A DNA stretch of 64,000 nucleotides from Alphaproteobacteria bacterium (GCA_964291265.2 OZ219747.1:1920001-1984000); one strand, 5' to 3'; shown: positions 29,967-40,608, counted from the first letter of the stretch. A program made the numbers and translations. Notes: generated by a model from the letters alone, not told the origin.

Positions 29967-31385
29967 ATGGCACGAGTCCCGCAATCCATGAATGAAGCGC
30001 TGCCGACGGATGAGCGCGTTCGCGAGACCGGCGAGTGGCTGGCGGGTCACAACGTCAAGTACATCCTGTGTTGCTGGATCGATCTCCTGGGGCAGCCCAA
30101 GACAAAGCCGGTACCGCTCAGCGACTGGGAACGACTTGCCCGGGGCATGGGTCCGCAGTTTGCCGTGCATTCGGTGTCGTTCGTTCCCGAGCTTGGTCCG
30201 GCGGATCCGGACCAGATCATGGTGCCCGATCTCGATTCCCTGACGCTGTGCCCCTGGGACAGGGCCATGGCCTGGGTCTTTGCCGATCTCTGGTGGTCCG
30301 ACAAGCCCTACAGCCTGTGTCCCAGGGGAGCGATGAAGAGAATCCTCGCCGACTGCGAGGACAAGGGCTACCTGGTCGATGCCGGGGTCGAACCCGAGTT
30401 CATCGCCATGCGCTGGAAGGACGGCAGGCCCGTCAAGGCGTTCGATGACGATCTGGAGGCGGATGAGGGCCTGCGTCCGCGCCGTCAGGCCTTTGGCTAT
30501 GATGTCGAATACTCCATCAATTCGATGGGATTTCTGGGCGAACTGATCGACATACTCGACGGCGAGCTCGGCTGGGACCTGCACGACGTGGTCTGTGAAG
30601 GGGCCTACAGCCAGTTCGAGCTCGACTTCGGTTACACCGACGTGCTCGCCATGGCGGACCGCCTTGTCTTCCTGCGAATCCTGCTCAAGGAAATCGCCAA
30701 GAAACACGACATGTTCATCACGTTCATGCCGAAGCCGACGACAGGCGACTGGCGCTCGGGTGCACACATGAACACCTCCATGCGTCGTACCACGTCGCCC
30801 GACCGCAATCTGTTCGAATCACCGGACGGCTGGTCGCCGGAGGTCAGCCATGCCATCGGCGGCCTGTTGCAGCATGGCGGGGCCCTGACGGCCATCGCGT
30901 GTCCGACGGTCAACTCCTACAATGGTCTGGTTCCCCGGGTCGGCGGCTTCGAGGGCGGTACGGTGACCTGGGCACCGACTCACATGACCTATGGCTACAA
31001 CAACCGCTCTGCCATGTTGCGCATGCCGCAGAACCGCTACTGCATCGAGAACCGTGCGGCCGACATGTGCATGAACCCCTATCTGGCTCTGGGCGTGACT
31101 GCAGCCTGCATGACCGAGGGCATCATCTCCGCCATCGATCCCGGGCCCCCGCTGAACGAGGATCTCTACAGCCTCAGCGAGGAGGAACTCCATCGTTCGG
31201 GCGCCCAGCGCCTGCCGCGCAATCTCTTCGAGGCGGCCGAAATCCTGCGGGACGATGCCTTCGTCAAGGAGGTCATCGGCGAGCAGATGCATGCCTCGTT
31301 CCTCGCCTACAAGTTCGACGAATGGGAGCGCTACCATCAGGAAGTGACGGACTGGGAGGTGCGAGAGTACCTGAGGCTCTACTGA
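29967..31385 (+). CDS. Glutamine synthetase-family ligase (GlnT/gamma-glutamylamine synthetase-like)
   Basis: GVEPEF, QFELDF, FMPKP, GAHMN, PTVNSY, NNRSAMLR and IENR motifs; SD GGAGG. Confidence 0.88.
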   Translation: MARVPQSMNEALPTDERVRETGEWLAGHNVKYILCCWIDLLGQPKTKPVPLSDWERLARGMGPQFAVHSVSFVPELGPADPDQIMVPDLDSLTLCPWDRAMAWVFADLWWSDKPYSLCPRGAMKRILADCEDKGYLVDAGVEPEFIAMRWKDGRPVKAFDDDLEADEGLRPRRQAFGYDVEYSINSMGFLGELIDILDGELGWDLHDVVCEGAYSQFELDFGYTDVLAMADRLVFLRILLKEIAKKHDMFITFMPKPTTGDWRSGAHMNTSMRRTTSPDRNLFESPDGWSPEVSHAIGGLLQHGGALTAIACPTVNSYNGLVPRVGGFEGGTVTWAPTHMTYGYNNRSAMLRMPQNRYCIENRAADMCMNPYLALGVTAACMTEGIISAIDPGPPLNEDLYSLSEEELHRSGAQRLPRNLFEAAEILRDDAFVKEVIGEQMHASFLAYKFDEWERYHQEVTDWEVREYLRLY

Positions 31386-32401
31386 TGGCCGCCTCCTTCG
31401 AAACGTGGTCGCTCGGCGATGTCACGCTGCAGTCGGGAGAGGTTCTTGAACGCGCGCATCTTGCCTACCGCACCTGGGGGGGCCTCAACCCGGCCGGTGA
31501 CAATGCGATTCTCATTCCCACCTACTACACGGGCACCCACCGCAACAACGAGGCCTATTTCGGTCCCGGGCGCGCCATCGATCCGGCACGGCACTTCATC
31601 GTCTCGATCGACCTCTTCGGCAACGGACTGTCGTCTTCACCGGACAATCATCCCGCTCCTCAGGATGGTCCGCGATTCCCGCGGACCACGTTCTTCGACA
31701 ATGTCGCCTGCCAGCACCGCCTGTTGACGGAGGTGCTGGGAGTCTCCCGCCTGCGCCTCGTCACCGGCTGGTCCATGGGAGGATGTCAGTCCTTCCAGTG
31801 GGGCGCCCAGTATCCCGACATGGTCGACGCCATCCTGCCGTTCTGCGGATCGGCGCGGACATCGCCCCACAACATCGTCTTCCTTGAAGGCGTCAAGGCT
31901 GCGCTCACCGCCGATGCAACATGGTCGGGCGGCGACTACACGAAGCAGCCGGTCACCGGACTCAAGGCCTTCGGGCGGGTCTATGCCGGCTGGGCCTACT
32001 CGCAGTCATGGTACCGCGAGGCCCGTTACCGCGAGCTTGGGTTCGACAGCATCGAGGATGTCCTGGCCGACTGGGAGGCCGACCATGTCGACAACTGGGA
32101 TGCCAACAACCTGCTCCACAAACTCTGGACCTGGCAGAAGGGCGACATCAGCGCGAATCACCTCCATGGCGGCGATTTCGCTCGTGCACTCGGTGCCATC
32201 ACGCCGCGCGCCATCGTCATGCCCTCGTCAAGCGACCTCTATTTCCCGCCCGAGGACAGCGAGACCGAGGTCAACGGCATGCCCAGCGCCGAACTCAGGG
32301 TCTACCAGACGGACTGGGGGCACTGCGTGGCCAGCGGTCATGCCGTTCCCGCCTTCCACGACTTCCTCGACCAGGCGATCCGCGATCTCATCGGCGGCTG
32401 A
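31385..32401 (+). CDS. Homoserine O-acetyltransferase-like alpha/beta hydrolase
   Basis: LAYRTWG.LN, GNGLSSSP, VTGWSMGG, DLYFPPED and WGH motifs; TGATG coupling to the GS-family gene. Confidence 0.85.
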   Translation: MAASFETWSLGDVTLQSGEVLERAHLAYRTWGGLNPAGDNAILIPTYYTGTHRNNEAYFGPGRAIDPARHFIVSIDLFGNGLSSSPDNHPAPQDGPRFPRTTFFDNVACQHRLLTEVLGVSRLRLVTGWSMGGCQSFQWGAQYPDMVDAILPFCGSARTSPHNIVFLEGVKAALTADATWSGGDYTKQPVTGLKAFGRVYAGWAYSQSWYREARYRELGFDSIEDVLADWEADHVDNWDANNLLHKLWTWQKGDISANHLHGGDFARALGAITPRAIVMPSSSDLYFPPEDSETEVNGMPSAELRVYQTDWGHCVASGHAVPAFHDFLDQAIRDLIGG

Positions 32402-32430
32402 CCGTCAGGAAGGGGCCCTGACGGTGATTT
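32401..32430 (+). terminator. Possible terminator hairpin
   Basis: ACCGTCAGG-loop-CCTGACGGT directly after the stop codon; weak U-tract. Confidence 0.35.
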
Positions 32431-32779
32431 CGAACAGGTCGTGTGACGCCGGCTCCTGCCTGCCTTGCCGGTTGCCCTCCCGGTGTTGGCGGATCCAGTC
32501 TGCATGGCCCGGAAACGTGATGGCTGCTGCTGATGGCAAGTCGCCAGCCATCTCGACATTGACCGCCGCTGCCTCGCCTTCGAGCGAGCAGGAAACGAGT
32601 TGGTGCCCGCGCGGGAATGATCGTTTCGGCTGACTTTCCGGCGAAACTTCGAACCTCCGATCCTCCGGGTGCTCCGTTTGCGACGGGATTCCTGCTGATT
32701 CGCGGCGGCATCAGGGATCTTCAACCGAAACTCCGGACGTCGGGCGAGCGGTTCCGGTCCCGCCCTCGGCGGGCTTCTC

Positions 32780-33100
32780 AGGTGGGGTGGATGGGAGACG
32801 CCCTCAGGCAGCGCGTCTTCGTCGTCTTTGGGCCCGGACCTCCCTGTGCAGAAGCAGCCCGATGCGGTGGACATCGAAGGCCACCATGGACAGCGCCACC
32901 ATTCGCGCAAGGCCGTCCGCCCCACAGGATCAGGCCCCGGTCCATGCCGCGGTGCTCGAGATCGTTGATCGCGGACTCCACGGCCGGATGCTGCCGGCCC
33001 ATGTCCGGAGCCGGGTGAACTGAGCGCCGGCGAGAGCGGCAACGGAACCTTGCGTGTCCATCCGAAGCCCGCCCGCCCAGCGTGGCGCGCCGCAAAGGGT
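32780..33100 (-). pseudogene. Transposase C-terminal remnant (ISNCY-like)
   Basis: RQHPAVESAINDLEHRGMDR motif, frameshifted; boundaries approximate. Confidence 0.55.
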
Positions 33101-33329
33101 CTGGGGCTGTCAGCCCTGCATTCGAGTTCCCCAGCGATCCACGGAGAGAACATGACACCGCCTCTCGGAACGATGGCAGGAGCCGAGACGCTGAAGCGGC
33201 GCACGGTCCGCGCGGCTCTCCGGAATGCCTGCCGCGACGATCCGGTCGTATTGTTTCAGTCTGTCATTCGTCATGTGATTCAAACCGAATGACGAAAGGG
33301 CGGATTGACAAGATCGCCTTCGTTCTCCC

Positions 33330-33358
33330 TTGACGTATATAGGTCATTGGCCTATGGT
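33330..33358 (+). promoter_or_regulatory. Sigma70-type promoter of the TA operon
   Basis: TTGACG-17 nt-TATGGT, with 6 nt between it and ATG 33365. Confidence 0.6.
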
Positions 33359-33364
33359 TCTGGG

Positions 33365-33640
33365 ATGGAATTCGAATGGGACGAGACCAAGAGCCGTGCT
33401 TGTTTCGAACGTCGCGGCTTCGACTTCGCCCATGCTGTACGCACCTTCCTTGATTCACACCGTCGTGCAGGATCGGCGGAGAGACTATGGCGAGGACTGC
33501 TTTCGCCTGCTCGGCACGGTCGAAGGGCGGGCTGTGTCGTCGTCTGCACGACACGGGGTCCGACCGTTCGCATCATCTCGGCCCGCAAGGCCAACCGCAA
33601 GGAGATCGCGGACTATGAGTACAACGCGCGTAAGGGTTGA
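33365..33640 (+). pseudogene. BrnT-family toxin with two compensating frameshifts
   Basis: MEFEWDETK..C...RGFDF and RIISARKAN in one frame; central QDRRRDYGEDCFRLLG in another. Confidence 0.8.
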
Positions 33641-33950
33641 TCCAGACGACCCGTCCACGTTCCCGGGCGGGCGGATCGACGCCGGGAGGGTGGAGGCAAC
33701 CACGGAAGCGGAGATTGTGGCGCAGGAGCGGGAAGACGAGGCCGAGGCATTGCAGGACATGGCGCGCTATGCGCGCCGGGTCCGGCGGCGTCTGGGTCTC
33801 AGCCAGACGGAACTCGCGCGGCGCATCGATGTGTCGCCCGAGACGGTCCGCACCTCGGAGCAGGGCAAGCGCTTCCCGACCGGCGCGGCGCGGGCACTGT
33901 TGCGAGTGCTTGACAGAGCTCCCGAGATGGCGCTTCGCGTCCTGTCCTGA
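33615..33950 (+). CDS. XRE-family HTH protein, probable antitoxin
   Basis: RRRLGLSQTELARRIDVSPETVRTSEQGKRFPTGAARALL; overlaps the toxin gene. Confidence 0.85.
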   Translation: MSTTRVRVDPDDPSTFPGGRIDAGRVEATTEAEIVAQEREDEAEALQDMARYARRVRRRLGLSQTELARRIDVSPETVRTSEQGKRFPTGAARALLRVLDRAPEMALRVLS

Positions 33951-34040
33951 AGAGGAGGGAGCGATGTCCGCTCCCGAGACGGCATGGCGAGCGCGTTCGG
34001 GTCGGCCACGGCTGACGCTTACGACGACGCTCCGACCCTA

Positions 34041-34960
34041 TCAATCCAATGCACTCAAGTCCGTGTCTTCATCTCCTTGCGACTGGTTCCCGTACCAATC
34101 CTGCATGGCCTGAATGCCGATGATGGCCTGAGACAGGAACCCGATGCCTTCCCGGAGCTTCTGTGTCCCGGTCAGGGGCTGGCGATTCGAGGGATGGAAG
34201 ATGGCCAGCCCGGCGGTGAGCACGACGAAGCGCGCGATGGTCATGTCCGGCGGTTCCCGGGAGACCTTGAAGCCGTGACGGGGTCCGTTCCCAGCACGTG
34301 CTCCCAGAGGTCTGCGTTGTCACCCGAAGGCAGCGCCGCCCCGGTTTCATGGGCCCGCGAGATCATCTCACGGACGTCCCCCTCGCGGTCGCAGACCGTC
34401 ACCACGCGGGTGCCCGGACAGGCGCGCGCGCATTCCTGCACCCGGTCGGGACCGGCGATCCAGCGGGCGCTGTCCTTGCCCTCGGCCCGGCGGGAGTCCT
34501 GAGTCCGACTCGAACATCCCGAGCGGCCGGCCGATCACGTTTACCGGCATGCCGACATGGGCCAGGATGCCCGAGGTTCCCGACAGGCCGTCGCGATTCA
34601 GCGTGGTCGTGTCCTGCACGGCCAGCACCAGCCGCTCGGTGCGGCACCGCTCCACCGTCTGCTCGACGTGCGAACCCGTTATGTGCTCCATCCTCACCGC
34701 CTCGTTGGACATCAACCGCCAGGCCGCCACCTGTTCCGCCGCCCCGGGAAGATCGCCGACAGGTGCTCGCCGAGGCGCCGGGTCCAGGCCGCGCCCATCT
34801 GCAAGGATCCGGCGCCTGATCCTGCCGTCCGGGTGCGGGCTGCGCTCAACTCCCTCGCCGTCCAATCCCTCTCACTCAACAGCGACCCGGACCAGCCGAG
34901 AACCCGTTCTGGCTCGCGGCGCAGGACCTGGCGCCAGCATGGCTCAAACGGCCTCAGCCA
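34041..34960 (-). pseudogene. Degraded IS4-family transposase
   Basis: HPDGRIRRRI, AAWRLMSN, LVLAVQDTTTLN, VVTVCDREGD and FHPSNRQP fragments in different frames. Confidence 0.7.
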
Positions 34961-35099
34961 GACCGCGCGGCGCACGCACGAACGCCCTGAGGTCAGGGGG
35001 TGTACGTCGGGATTGTGAGATTTGAACAAAGCGTGCGGTCTGCGGTCGTTTTTGGGTATTGTTCTGACAGTGTATTAGGCTGTCAGTATGGAGGCCCCG

Positions 35100-35519
35100 A
35101 TGACACTGCCCCCCGCATTGTCCGAGCTCAACCTCAGGCGCCGCGACATCCAGAACCAGCTTGCCGACCTTGGCGACCTGCGCCCCGGCTCGCTGACGCC
35201 GCGTTTCCGCAAGTGCGGCAAGCCCACCTGCCACTGTGCCGCCCAGGGAGACCCCGGTCACGGACCGAGCTGGTCGTTGACCTGGTCTGTCGAGGGCAAG
35301 ACCCAAACCCGGATCATCCCCGCCGAGGCGGTCGAGGAAACCCAGGCGCAGATGGCCGAGTATCAGCGCGCCCGTGCTCTTATGCGTGAACTGTTCGAGG
35401 TCAGCACCCGGATGTGCGACGCGCAACTCGACGCCATCAAGGCGATTCCAAAAAAAACTTCGTCGCGGCGCTCGAACCGGAAGTCCGCCACGAGATCGTC
35501 AGCGAAGCGGCGAGCCTGA
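35100..35519 (+). CDS. ISKra4 upstream ORF (DUF6788-like)
   Basis: LRPGSL..RFRKCGKPTCHCA..DPGHGP.W.LT; SD GGAGG; A8 tract at 35450-35457 overlaps the transposase frame. Confidence 0.75.
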   Translation: MTLPPALSELNLRRRDIQNQLADLGDLRPGSLTPRFRKCGKPTCHCAAQGDPGHGPSWSLTWSVEGKTQTRIIPAEAVEETQAQMAEYQRARALMRELFEVSTRMCDAQLDAIKAIPKKTSSRRSNRKSATRSSAKRRA

Positions 35520-36275
35520 TCGGTGTCGGCGTGCTTGACGACTTCCAGGCGATCGAGACTGAGGCCCGGCGGGTGGCATGGCAGATCATGGGGCAGGCGG
35601 TCGCCGCGAAGCTCAACGCCGATCATGCCGACGATCAGGGCCCCTGCCTGTGCGGGTGCGGCGGCAAAGCTCGCTTCGCCGGCCGCCGGCCCAAGACCTT
35701 CATCACCGCCTTGGGCCCGATGACGCTGGAACGGGCCTGGTATCACTGCGACGGCTGTCACTCAGGCTTCAGCCCGCGCGACCGCGCTCTTGGCATGGAG
35801 AACACCTTCCTGTCGCCGGCGTCGCTGCGCATGATCGGCATCGCTGCCGCCAGGATCAGCTTCGAGGGCTCCAGCGCCCTGTTGCGCGAGTTGGCCGGCC
35901 TCGCCGTCGCACCGAAGACGGTGGAACGCCACGCCGAGGCTCTCGGACGTGAGATCGCAGGCGACGAACACCGCGTCATCGAACCCGAGTTCGGCGATGC
36001 CCCCATCCTCTACCTCGGTCTCGATGGCACCGGCGTGCCGGCACGCAAGACCGAAGTCGCGGGGCGTGCGGGCAAGCAGCCCGACGGCGGCGCCAAGACC
36101 CGAGAGGCCAAGCTCGCGGTGGTGTGGTCGGCGGAAACCACCGACCAGGACGGCCGCCCCGTGCGCGATCCCGGTTCCTCCAGCGACAACGCGGCCATCG
36201 AAACCATCGCCTGCCGGGATACCGACGCCGAGCCCGCGCCCTTCGCACGGCGTATCCTGCGCGAGGCCCAGCGCC
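35450..36275 (+). pseudogene. ISKra4 transposase, 5' part
   Basis: CLCGCG..ARF, LERAWYHC..C, LYLGLDGTGVP and TREAKL motifs; cut at the IS21 insertion. Confidence 0.85.
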
Positions 36276-36429
36276 TGTCGGCGGCGATTTAGAACGGCGG
36301 GATATTGGCGGAGAACCGCTCTTTTGGGCGCTGATCGTGTGAGTGGGTGACCACGACAGGAGAACGTGCGGCATTGGACGAAGGTCCGCCCGGTCTTTGT
36401 TTTCTGCCTATTGTTGGATCCCATTGGTC

Positions 36430-37370
36430 TTGCATTGACGTTGACGATGTCGTTCCGGTCGGCGTTTTCTGGCGTTCGGCGTTTGTGGAACGTGATGTGG
36501 GAGGGGAGCTTCAGGCTTTTGCGCGTGGTTTCGTTCTGGCGTTCTCCGGCCTCGTCGTGGTTCGTCGGGCGGGACGATCTCGAGGCTGGAGAGCTGACGG
36601 TTTCTGTTGCGCTGGGCGAAGAGGCTGCGTGCGTTGCGGTTGCGGCGGCGCAGGGTGCGGCAGGCGTCGAGTGTTTTCGGGCGGATGCTGCGACCTGTGA
36701 GCCAGTCCGGCGGCGGATCGGGCGTTGCTGCGGCTCAGCGGCTGCGGCAGTCTCGTGATGTGGTGTCGTTTGGACGGCCCGGGGGTTTCCCGGGGAGGCT
36801 GAGAGGCGCGTCGGGGTGAGACGTTCTCATTCCTGGATGGTAACGCGTGACCGCGTTCAAGGGTCTTGCGAGATTACGTGTCCCTTCCGTAGCCGCGTGG
36901 CGGTTCGATGTCCTCGAGAGCCTCGATGTCGGCATCGGCGACGCTCTGCAGGCGTTCTCCGTAAGGCGTGTCACGGAGGGTTTCGGGGATGCTGTCGAGG
37001 CGGTCACGCCATTCGTCCTGCAGGGTGCGGCAGGCGTCGAGTGTTTTCGGGCGGATGCTGCGACCTGTAAGCCAGTCCGGCCAGCGGCTGCGGCAGTCTC
37101 GTGATGCGGTGTCGTTTGGACGGCCCGGGAGTTTCCCGGGGAGGCTGAGCGGCGCGTCGGGGTGAGACGTTCTCATTCCTGGATGGTAACGCGTGACCGC
37201 GTTCAAGGGTCTTGCGGGATCACGTATCCCTTCCGTAGCCGCGTGGCGGTTCGATGTCCTCGAGGGCCTCGATGTCGGCATCGGCGACGCTCTGCAGGCG
37301 TTCTCCGTAAGGCGTGTCACGGAGGCTTTCGGGGATGCTGTCGAGGTGGTCACGCCATTCGTCCTGCAGG
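36430..37370. repeat. Deleted copy of the toprim gene plus ~346-370-bp tandem mosaic repeats
   Basis: 36441-36560 resembles 37571-37690; 36651-37020 is repeated at 37021-37370. Confidence 0.8.
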
Positions 37371-37510
37371 GCGCGCAGTTCGGCCACGGCGTCGTTCCAG
37401 CGTTGCGGTCGCGAGCGCCGGTCACGGTGCTTTGGGGTGTGGACGGGAGGGATGCCGGCCTTGCGCCGTTCCCGGTATCGCCGCTGCTTTTCGGCGGGCG
37501 TGAGGGGCAT
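37220..37510 (-). CDS. Small hypothetical protein (IS21 cargo)
   Basis: SD AAGGAG; MPLTPAEKQRRYRERRK...RSRPQRWNDAVAEL..LQDEW...IEPPRGYGRD. Confidence 0.7.
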   Translation of the reverse strand: MPLTPAEKQRRYRERRKAGIPPVHTPKHRDRRSRPQRWNDAVAELRALQDEWRDHLDSIPESLRDTPYGERLQSVADADIEALEDIEPPRGYGRDT

Positions 37511-37536
37511 GAGTGGTCTCCTTGTGACGGACGTGG

Positions 37537-38430
37537 TCATGATCTCGCTTGTGGTTCTTTGGTCCTGGCGTTGACGACGTCGTTCCAGTCGGCGTTTTCC
37601 GGCGGTCTGCGTCTGTGGAACGAGACGTGGGAGGGGAGCTTCATCTTTTTGCGCAGGGTTTCGGCCTGTCGCTCTCCGGCCTCGTCGTGGTCCTGGGCGA
37701 GGACGATGGTCCTGACGTTGGGCAGGCTGCTTGCGGCGAGGCTGATCTGTTCGTGCTGTCTTCGCGAGGGTGCCCCGGCGGTGGAGAGGAAGGCGTGGCT
37801 GGGGGGACATTGGTCGATCTGGGCCAGGCTGAGGGCGTCGACGGCGCTTTCGGTGATGACGAGGGCCTCGAGGTCCGCGGCGGTTCCGGCGCGGACGGCG
37901 AACAGGCTTCGGGTTCCACCGGTGGCGAAGCGTTTCGGTCCGTCGGGGGGACCGATCTCGAAGCCGGTGAGCTTTCGCTTCCTGTTGCGATGGGCGAAGA
38001 GGACGCGTCCGTTGTGGTCGCGGCGGACCAGGGGGCGGCAGGTGTCGAGGGTCTCCGGGAGGATGCCGCGCCCGGTGAGCCAGTCCGGGGCCGCATCGGG
38101 CGTTGCCGCGGCCCAGAGGCTGCGGAAGTCGCGTGGCGCGGTGTCGGGTGCTGTGAAGCGGGTGCAGATGTCGGCGAAGGCCAGTCCGCGGTTGAGCATG
38201 AAGTCGATGACGGTTCCGTTGTCTTCATCGTTCTGGGTGTTGAAGTAGACCCAGTGTCCGTTGTTGAGGCACTTCGTGACGAGCTTCGGCAGGCCGGGTG
38301 CGCACAGGACGGGGTTGGCGCGTGTCGAGGCCTGTTCGTCGCGGACGTATCCCCAGTCGGCGGCGATGCGTTCGAACGGCATGCGCTTGACGGCGTCGAA
38401 GTCGACGCGGCGGGGTTTATCGGGTTTCAC
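37537..38430 (-). CDS. DUF3991/Toprim primase-like protein (IS21 cargo)
   Basis: WVYFN...DNGTVIDF, WLTGRGI, LVITESAVDALS, STAG and IVLAQDHDEAG (Toprim E and DxD); overlaps istB. Confidence 0.78.
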   Translation of the reverse strand: MKPDKPRRVDFDAVKRMPFERIAADWGYVRDEQASTRANPVLCAPGLPKLVTKCLNNGHWVYFNTQNDEDNGTVIDFMLNRGLAFADICTRFTAPDTAPRDFRSLWAAATPDAAPDWLTGRGILPETLDTCRPLVRRDHNGRVLFAHRNRKRKLTGFEIGPPDGPKRFATGGTRSLFAVRAGTAADLEALVITESAVDALSLAQIDQCPPSHAFLSTAGAPSRRQHEQISLAASSLPNVRTIVLAQDHDEAGERQAETLRKKMKLPSHVSFHRRRPPENADWNDVVNARTKEPQARS

Positions 38431-39118
38431 GCCTGAGCCGCCAGGAGTCGCTGTCGATGGAGATGAGGGTTGCGTCGTGCATGAGCCGGTCGACGGTGCC
38501 GGCGATGCCGGAGGCGCTGGGGAAGACGCGGTCCCACTGGGCGAAGGCGAGGCTTGTCGTGACCATGGTCGAGCGGCGCTGATAGCGCCGCGAGACGATG
38601 GCGTAGAGGATGTCGGCATGGTGGCTTTCGAGGGTCACGTAGCCGATTTCGTCGAGGATGAGCAGGCGGGGCCTGGCGAGGATCGCGAGGCGGCGGCGCA
38701 GCTCGCTGCGCGAGACGGTCTCGGCGAGTGCCTCGAGCAGTTCCGGCGCCTTCTCGAAGCGGACGGTGTGGCCGTGCAGCAGGGCCTGGTGCGCCACGTT
38801 GGCGGCGATCATGGTCTTTCCGGTGCCCTGCCCGCCGACGAGCACGGCGTTGTCCGCACGGTCGACGAAGCCGAGGCCGAGGAGCGCTTCGACATGAGCC
38901 CGGCTGATGTCGCGCGGCCATGTCCAGTCGAAGTCCGCCAGGGGCTTGAAGGCGGGCAGCCGCGCCGCGGCGCGGCGGCGCTCGTGGCTGCGGGCCCTGC
39001 GGGCCTGTTCCTCGCCGCTGACCACCTCCTCGATCCATGCGGTCCCGGCGACCTCGTCCCAGCGTTCGACGAGCCCGTGGAGGCCGAGCGCCCGGGCACG
39101 CTCCCTGAGCTCGCTCAT
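38417..39118 (-). CDS. istB: IS21 helper AAA+ ATPase
   Basis: FDWTW, Walker A GGQGTGKT, Walker B LLILDEIG, VDRLMH. Confidence 0.92.
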   Translation of the reverse strand: MSELRERARALGLHGLVERWDEVAGTAWIEEVVSGEEQARRARSHERRRAAARLPAFKPLADFDWTWPRDISRAHVEALLGLGFVDRADNAVLVGGQGTGKTMIAANVAHQALLHGHTVRFEKAPELLEALAETVSRSELRRRLAILARPRLLILDEIGYVTLESHHADILYAIVSRRYQRRSTMVTTSLAFAQWDRVFPSASGIAGTVDRLMHDATLISIDSDSWRLRRETR

Positions 39119-40608
39119 GTCTTGTTCCTGGCGCTGGCTTCGGGCCTGTCGTAGGCGTCGAGAGCGGTCCCCCGCGGCGTCGTGCCACGGCCGCCGCGGC
39201 CGTCGTCGGCGATGCTGAGGGGCGGCAGGCCCTGCTCCCGGCGGCGCTCCTCGATGATGACGCGCACGGTTTCGGGGTGGCACGAGCCGCGCTCCAGCGC
39301 CGTGGCGACAGCCCGGTCGAGAGCGTCGGCGCCGTGCGCGTTGAGAAGCGTCTCCAGCATCCGGGCGCAGGAGGCCACGTTGCGCCCGTTGGTCCCGGCG
39401 CGCGCCAGCATCTCCTCGGCCCGCGGCACGGTGCGCAGGACCCGGTCGCGGACGCTCATGGAGCGGGCCCGCCGCTTGCCCGCGGCGATCGCCCTGGCAT
39501 GCTCCGGATCGGTGACGGCCTGCTTCCTGTTGTAGGAGCGTCGGTGGCGCGCGACCTCGTCGGCGCCGTCGAGGATGCGAACCTCGTCGCGGTCGGCGAC
39601 CAGCGTCAGCAGGGCCTTGGAGAAGCTACCCGGAACGCTGTAGTCGTTGGTGTCGAAGCGGGCGTGGCAGGTCTTGTCGATGCGCACCGGGCGGACCTCG
39701 TGATGCGGGAAGGGATCGGCGGGAAGGACGATCAGGTGCTCCCTCTCCCGGGCGAAGGCGTCCCGCACCAGGAGACTGTCGTCGTCCGGCCAGGGCCGCT
39801 CCGCGGCGGCGCCGAAGCACCACTCCCGAACTGCGGCGTTGAGCTCGCCGAGCGGGACCGTGATGTCGCGCCCGGCGAAGAACCCGGTGCGCGCGAAGCG
39901 CACACGGCGTTCCACGCGGCCCTTCTCCTGCGGGCTCCTGGGCCAGGCGGCGCTCGGTTCGAAGGCATAGTGGGCCGCGAGGCCGAGCAGCATCGGATGA
40001 TAGGTGACCGCCTTGCCGCGGCGCGTCACCACGGCACTCTTCAGGTTGTCGTACAGAAGCCTCCGCGGCACACCCCCGAATGCCGCGAAAGCCTCGACAT
40101 GGCCTTGCAGGAAGCTGGCCATCCGCGCGTCGTGGAACAGGCTCAGGACAGTCTGGCGCGAGTAGCTGAGGGTGACGAGAAGCCCCATGAGCCTGCGCTC
40201 CGCCCGGCCGATGCGGACCTTCCCGAACTCGGCCCAGTCAACCTGCGCCTGCTCGCCCGGAAGGAAGCTCAGCCGCAGCGACGGCTCGGGCCTCTTCACC
40301 GGCCTCAGCCCAAGGCGGCGCAGGTCGTGACGGAAGTGATCCTCGCCGCCGCGGTAGCCCAGAGCCACGACCTGTCGCCAGAGCGTGCTGGCCGGAAGGT
40401 CCGGCGACGCCTCAAGACGCTCCCCGAGGAAGGCAACGAAGGGGTCGATGAGCTTGGCCCGCGGCCGCCGCTCCTGCCCCGACGCCTTGAGCGCCCGCGT
40501 CACCGTGCCGTGGTGCACGCCGAGATGCCGGGCAATCGTCCCCACAGCCCAGCCCTCGGCCCGCGACAGCCGCACGATCGTCGCCCGCGTGTCCTCGTCG
40601 ATCGCCAT
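39115..40608 (-). CDS. istA: IS21-family DDE transposase
   Basis: N-terminal HTH, PGEQAQVDW, LSYSR, LYDNLK, QEKGRVER and NDYSVP motifs. Confidence 0.93.
   Translation of the reverse strand: MAIDEDTRATIVRLSRAEGWAVGTIARHLGVHHGTVTRALKASGQERRPRAKLIDPFVAFLGERLEASPDLPASTLWRQVVALGYRGGEDHFRHDLRRLGLRPVKRPEPSLRLSFLPGEQAQVDWAEFGKVRIGRAERRLMGLLVTLSYSRQTVLSLFHDARMASFLQGHVEAFAAFGGVPRRLLYDNLKSAVVTRRGKAVTYHPMLLGLAAHYAFEPSAAWPRSPQEKGRVERRVRFARTGFFAGRDITVPLGELNAAVREWCFGAAAERPWPDDDSLLVRDAFAREREHLIVLPADPFPHHEVRPVRIDKTCHARFDTNDYSVPGSFSKALLTLVADRDEVRILDGADEVARHRRSYNRKQAVTDPEHARAIAAGKRRARSMSVRDRVLRTVPRAEEMLARAGTNGRNVASCARMLETLLNAHGADALDRAVATALERGSCHPETVRVIIEERRREQGLPPLSIADDGRGGRGTTPRGTALDAYDRPEASARNKT

Noticed and set aside
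36441-37690. Diverged toprim repeat pair as a DGR template/variable region, given an RT in the window
   Set aside because: By eye only about 10 of 17 mismatches in the compared segment have A on the coding strand of the putative template, and many are simple transitions. The RT is a group II intron maturase inside its own intron.
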